Shown piece by piece: positions 60,719 through 64,000 of a stretch of DNA of 64,000 nucleotides. The stretch is from Macrostomum hystrix (taxonomy: Eukaryota > Animalia > Platyhelminthes). The notes under the pieces were generated by a model. The model saw only the letters and a program-made list of their open reading frames with translations. It did no database searches and was not told where the DNA came from. The stretch covers positions 34,658,001 through 34,722,000 of the forward strand of contig CATNEN010000038.1 in assembly GCA_950097015.1 (NCBI GenBank), read 5' to 3'. The translations under genes and the position numbers were made by a program. The first letter of the stretch is position 1. Each line of letters starts with the position of its first letter.

Positions 60719-63700
60719 GTCAATGCAGTTGGCCTTCAAAAAATGGGCCCTACGAGATCAACGTGAGTTCTCCGACCATGCCAATATCGGGCTGCGTAGA
60801 ACCAACCCGTTCGACCAGTTGGTTACCGCCAGCCTAGTTGGCGGGCCCTACGCCACCATCAGGCCGACGCCGCCTGTTTATTCCGTGTTTGTCACGGCCG
60901 GTCAGTCGCCATTCGTTGGCTTCTTCTACGCATCCGAGGATCAGTGGCAGCCGCTATTGTCCAATGCCACAGAGCTGGCCTTTGCTGTGGCCACTAAAGT
61001 TAAATCAGCTCTGCTGTCCGCCGCTGCCTCCTGGCTTACTGGCGGCTCTCAGGTCTGTTTATCTGGTGTCTGTTTATCTGGTGTCTGTTTATCCTGTGTG
61101 ATTATCCTGTGTCTGTTTATCCTGTGTCTGTTTATTATGTGTCTGTTTATCTGGTGTCTGTTTATCTGGTGTCTGTTTATCATGTGTCTGTTTATCCAGT
61201 GTCTGCTTATTATGTGTCTGTTTATCTGGTGTCTGTTTATCTGGTGTCTGTTTATCTGGTGTCTGTTTATCATGTGTCTGTTTATCCTGTGTCTGTCTAT
61301 CCTGTGTCTGTTTATCATAAGTCTGTTTATCTGGTGTCTGTTTATCTGGTGTCTGTTTATCCAGTGTCTGCTTATTATGTGTCTGTTTATCTGGTGTCTG
61401 TTTATCTGGTGTCTGTTTATCTGGTGTCTGTTTATCATGTGTCTGTTTATCCTGTGTCTGTCTATCCTGTGTCTGTTTATCCTCTGTCTGTTTATTCTTC
61501 GTTTTCTTTATTGCCTGTCTGTTTATTTGTTTTATGTATGTAAATGTATTTTAATATTGTCTATATCGAAGGCACGCACTCTTATCCCGCAGGCCTCCCA
61601 ATCGGACAGCGCTGAGGCTTCAGCGGAGAAGCGCAAACTAGAACCGGCCACGCCGCTGTCTCTGCGCTACGGCCTGATGGACAAGCGCCGGCAGGCCCTG
61701 ACTGTTGCCGTCTGTCCCTACGGTCGCTACTGCGCCGTGGTGGACTCGTTTGGCCGAGTGACACTGATTGGCCTGGAGGACGGCACCGCACTGCGCATGT
61801 GGAAGGGCTACCGCGGCGCTCAGGTAATAATTGGAGAGCACAGATTTGGTTATCATTATGTACTGGTGTTAATGACCGATTCTTAGAAAATAACAGCTTA
61901 GGAACTTTTCTTAGAAAGCCAATCGGACGAATTCTTAGATAATCAAAATCTGATCGATTCTTTGAAAATCAGAGTCCGCAGTTTATTAATAATTACTAAA
62001 AAATCACAGTCTGACCGTTTCCTTGAAAATCACAGCTTATGAATGATTCTTAGAAAACACGGCTTTTGAATGATTCTTTGAAAACCATTCTGACCGATTC
62101 TTAGAAAATCTGTCGGACCGATTCTAAGAAAATCAGAGTCCAATTGATTTTTTGAAAATCACTGTCCTACCGATTCTTAGAAAATCACAATCTAACCGAT
62201 TCTTAGAAAATCACAATCTAACCGATTCTTAGAAAATCACAATCTAACCGATTCTTAGAAAATCACAGTCTAACCGATTCTTAGAAAATCACAATCTAAC
62301 CGATTCTTAGAAAATCACAATCTAACCAATTCTTAGAAAATCACAATCTAACCGATTCTTAGAAAATCACAATCTAACCAATTCTTAGAAAATCACAGTC
62401 TAACCGATTCTAGGAGAATCACAGTCTAACCGATTCTAGGAAAATCACAGCGTAACCGATTCTTTGAAAATCGGAATCTTAGAAAACTGCTGTGTATTTA
62501 TGAGATTCGTAGAAGATCATATTGATAGCGATGCGCTGATGACTAATTCCTAATGACTAAAACACTGAAATCATGACGAACTCCGCACAGGTTGGCTGGG
62601 TGGCAGCCCACGATACCGCTGGCAAGGGAGGCCGCGCCCTATTCCTGGTCATCTACGCCAGCCGACGCGGCCTCCTTGAAGTATGGACCGCCTGCCACGG
62701 TCCTCGAGTAGCCGCCTTCAATGTTACGAGGAACGGCCGCCTGCTTTACTGTCCACACTCGCTAATGGGTTTGAGCAGTCTCAACGCCAGGCACTACAGC
62801 ACCGGCTACTGCTATTTCTTAGATTCTAATCTCAGTATTAAAGCTGTGCATGTGCCCTACCATTTGGCATTCACTGACGCTAATAGCTATCAGGTGAGTG
62901 ACTAGCATTTTATTAGCTAATCTGAAAAATAATTCTGGGTTTGGGATAAATACCTACCTGCCTACCTTCCTGCCTACCTTCCTGCCTACCTTCCTGCCTA
63001 CCTTCCTGCCTACCTTCCTGCCTACCTTCCTGCCTACCTTCCTGCCTACCTTCCTGCCTACCTTCCTGCCTACCTACCTGCCTGCTTACCTACTTACCTA
63101 CCTATCTGCTAACTTACTAAACCTATCTAAATATTTATCTGAAAATCTACCTGCCTGTGTATTTACAAACCTAACTACCTACCTATCTACCAAACTAGCT
63201 ACTTACCTACCAACCAACCTAACTTCTTATCTACCTACCAACCTACCTATCTACCAACCTGCCTGCCTACCTACTTGTCTACAAACCTACCTTAGCTACC
63301 TATCTACCAACCTGCCTGCCTACCTACTTGTCTACAAACCTACCTTAGCTACCTATCTACCAACCTGCCTGCCTACCTACTTGTCTACAAACCTACCTTA
63401 GCTACTTGTCTACAAACCTACCTTAGCTACCTATCTACCAACCTACCTTAGCTACCTATCTACCAACCTGCCTGCCTACCTACTTGTCTACAAACCTACC
63501 TTAGCTACTTGTCTACCAACAGACCTACCAAATTATCGGCTGGACTTGAGCCACCTGCTTACTTACCTACCTCCCTACCGCCCGCGCAGACCCACGACGC
63601 TGCCCTGTTGAAGCAGCTGCGTCAGACTCTGCGCGAAGCAACAGAATTTGGCGAAGCCGAGTCGCTACGCATTCGCCAACAGTTAAGCCAGTTCCGTCTA

Positions 63701-64000
63701 GTTAGCTACCTGGAGCAGGCGGTTGACAGGCTGATTGGCGCCAAGCTGATGACCCAGCCAGTTCTTGACGCCTGTTTGAGGCAGGCCCTGGACATGCTGA
63801 CCGGAGGCGGCTCCTGTCTGCCCGGCAGTTCAGCCGGAGAGCGAGCCAAGTTAGGCGCATTCGTGGCAAGCGAGCTGGAATTGTTGAACGCCTACACTCT
63901 GGTTCGCGCGGTTACGGCTGACTCGGGCGAATCTAGCGGTACAATTGCTGCTTCTGCGTCAGATAACCCCGTTGCGCCAGATTTGAACAGCTGGCTAAAC
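57472..64000 (+). CDS. RAB3GAP2: Rab3 GTPase-activating protein non-catalytic subunit (5' part; continues past the window)
   Basis: ITCVLCLPLA..Q.S...PEWTCVILG, PATPL..RYGL.DKRR, DSFGRV.L, RMWKGYRGAQVGW, FLVIYA.RRGLLEVW....GPRVAAFNV. Exons 57472-57607 (least certain), 59160-59345, 59438-59507, 59600-59647, 59733-59808, 59884-59985, 60570-61052, 61593-61823, 62591-62893, 63590-end. Confidence 0.92.
60088..60410. repeat. 28-bp minisatellite (GAGATTTGAGTAGGTTTTCTAAAGGGTT)n in a RAB3GAP2 intron
   Basis: About 11 units. Confidence 0.95.
61053..61497. repeat. 15-bp minisatellite (GTCTGTTTATCTGGT)n starting at the splice donor
   Basis: About 29 units. Confidence 0.95.
62090..62470. repeat. 26-bp minisatellite (CCGATTCTTAGAAAATCACAATCTAA)n
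   Basis: About 11 clear units, with degenerate copies upstream to ~61875. Confidence 0.9.
62950..63530. repeat. (CCTACCTTCCTG)n and degenerate CCTA-rich repeats in a RAB3GAP2 intron
   Basis: Read directly. Confidence 0.9.

Noticed and set aside
1-63530. Regular arrays as CRISPR loci
   Set aside because: Units are head-to-tail with no unique spacers, there are no cas genes, and the context is eukaryotic

Overview
Eukaryotic (animal) genomic DNA with GT-AG introns and about 30% tandem repeats (my rough tally). The gene set and repeat style suggest a free-living flatworm such as Macrostomum, which is an inference. Well-supported genes: a 7-cadherin-repeat protocadherin (-), an 11-exon atypical soluble guanylyl cyclase with the O2-binding distal Tyr (+), a GAYSGFLamide neuropeptide precursor (-), a divergent PKA-like kinase (+) and the 5' part of RAB3GAP2 (+, runs off the window). 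Weaker calls: an NDUFA3-like small membrane protein, a poly-Q orphan behind an RFX X-box, and a possible 3-exon KH-like orphan hosting a Gypsy insertion. Mobile DNA: a full-length LOA/R1-type LINE (APE-RT-RNase H) inserted in a pyrimidine-rich minisatellite, an internally deleted Gypsy element that keeps its LTRs, TSD, PBS, PPT and -1 frameshift signal, and two tRNA-derived SINE families. More than 20 minisatellite arrays fill many introns. I found no clear-cut novel multi-gene system. The best leads are the intron-filling and dispersed minisatellites, the possibly repeat-targeting LINE, the orphan genes and the structured SINE 3' domain. All exon models were derived by eye.
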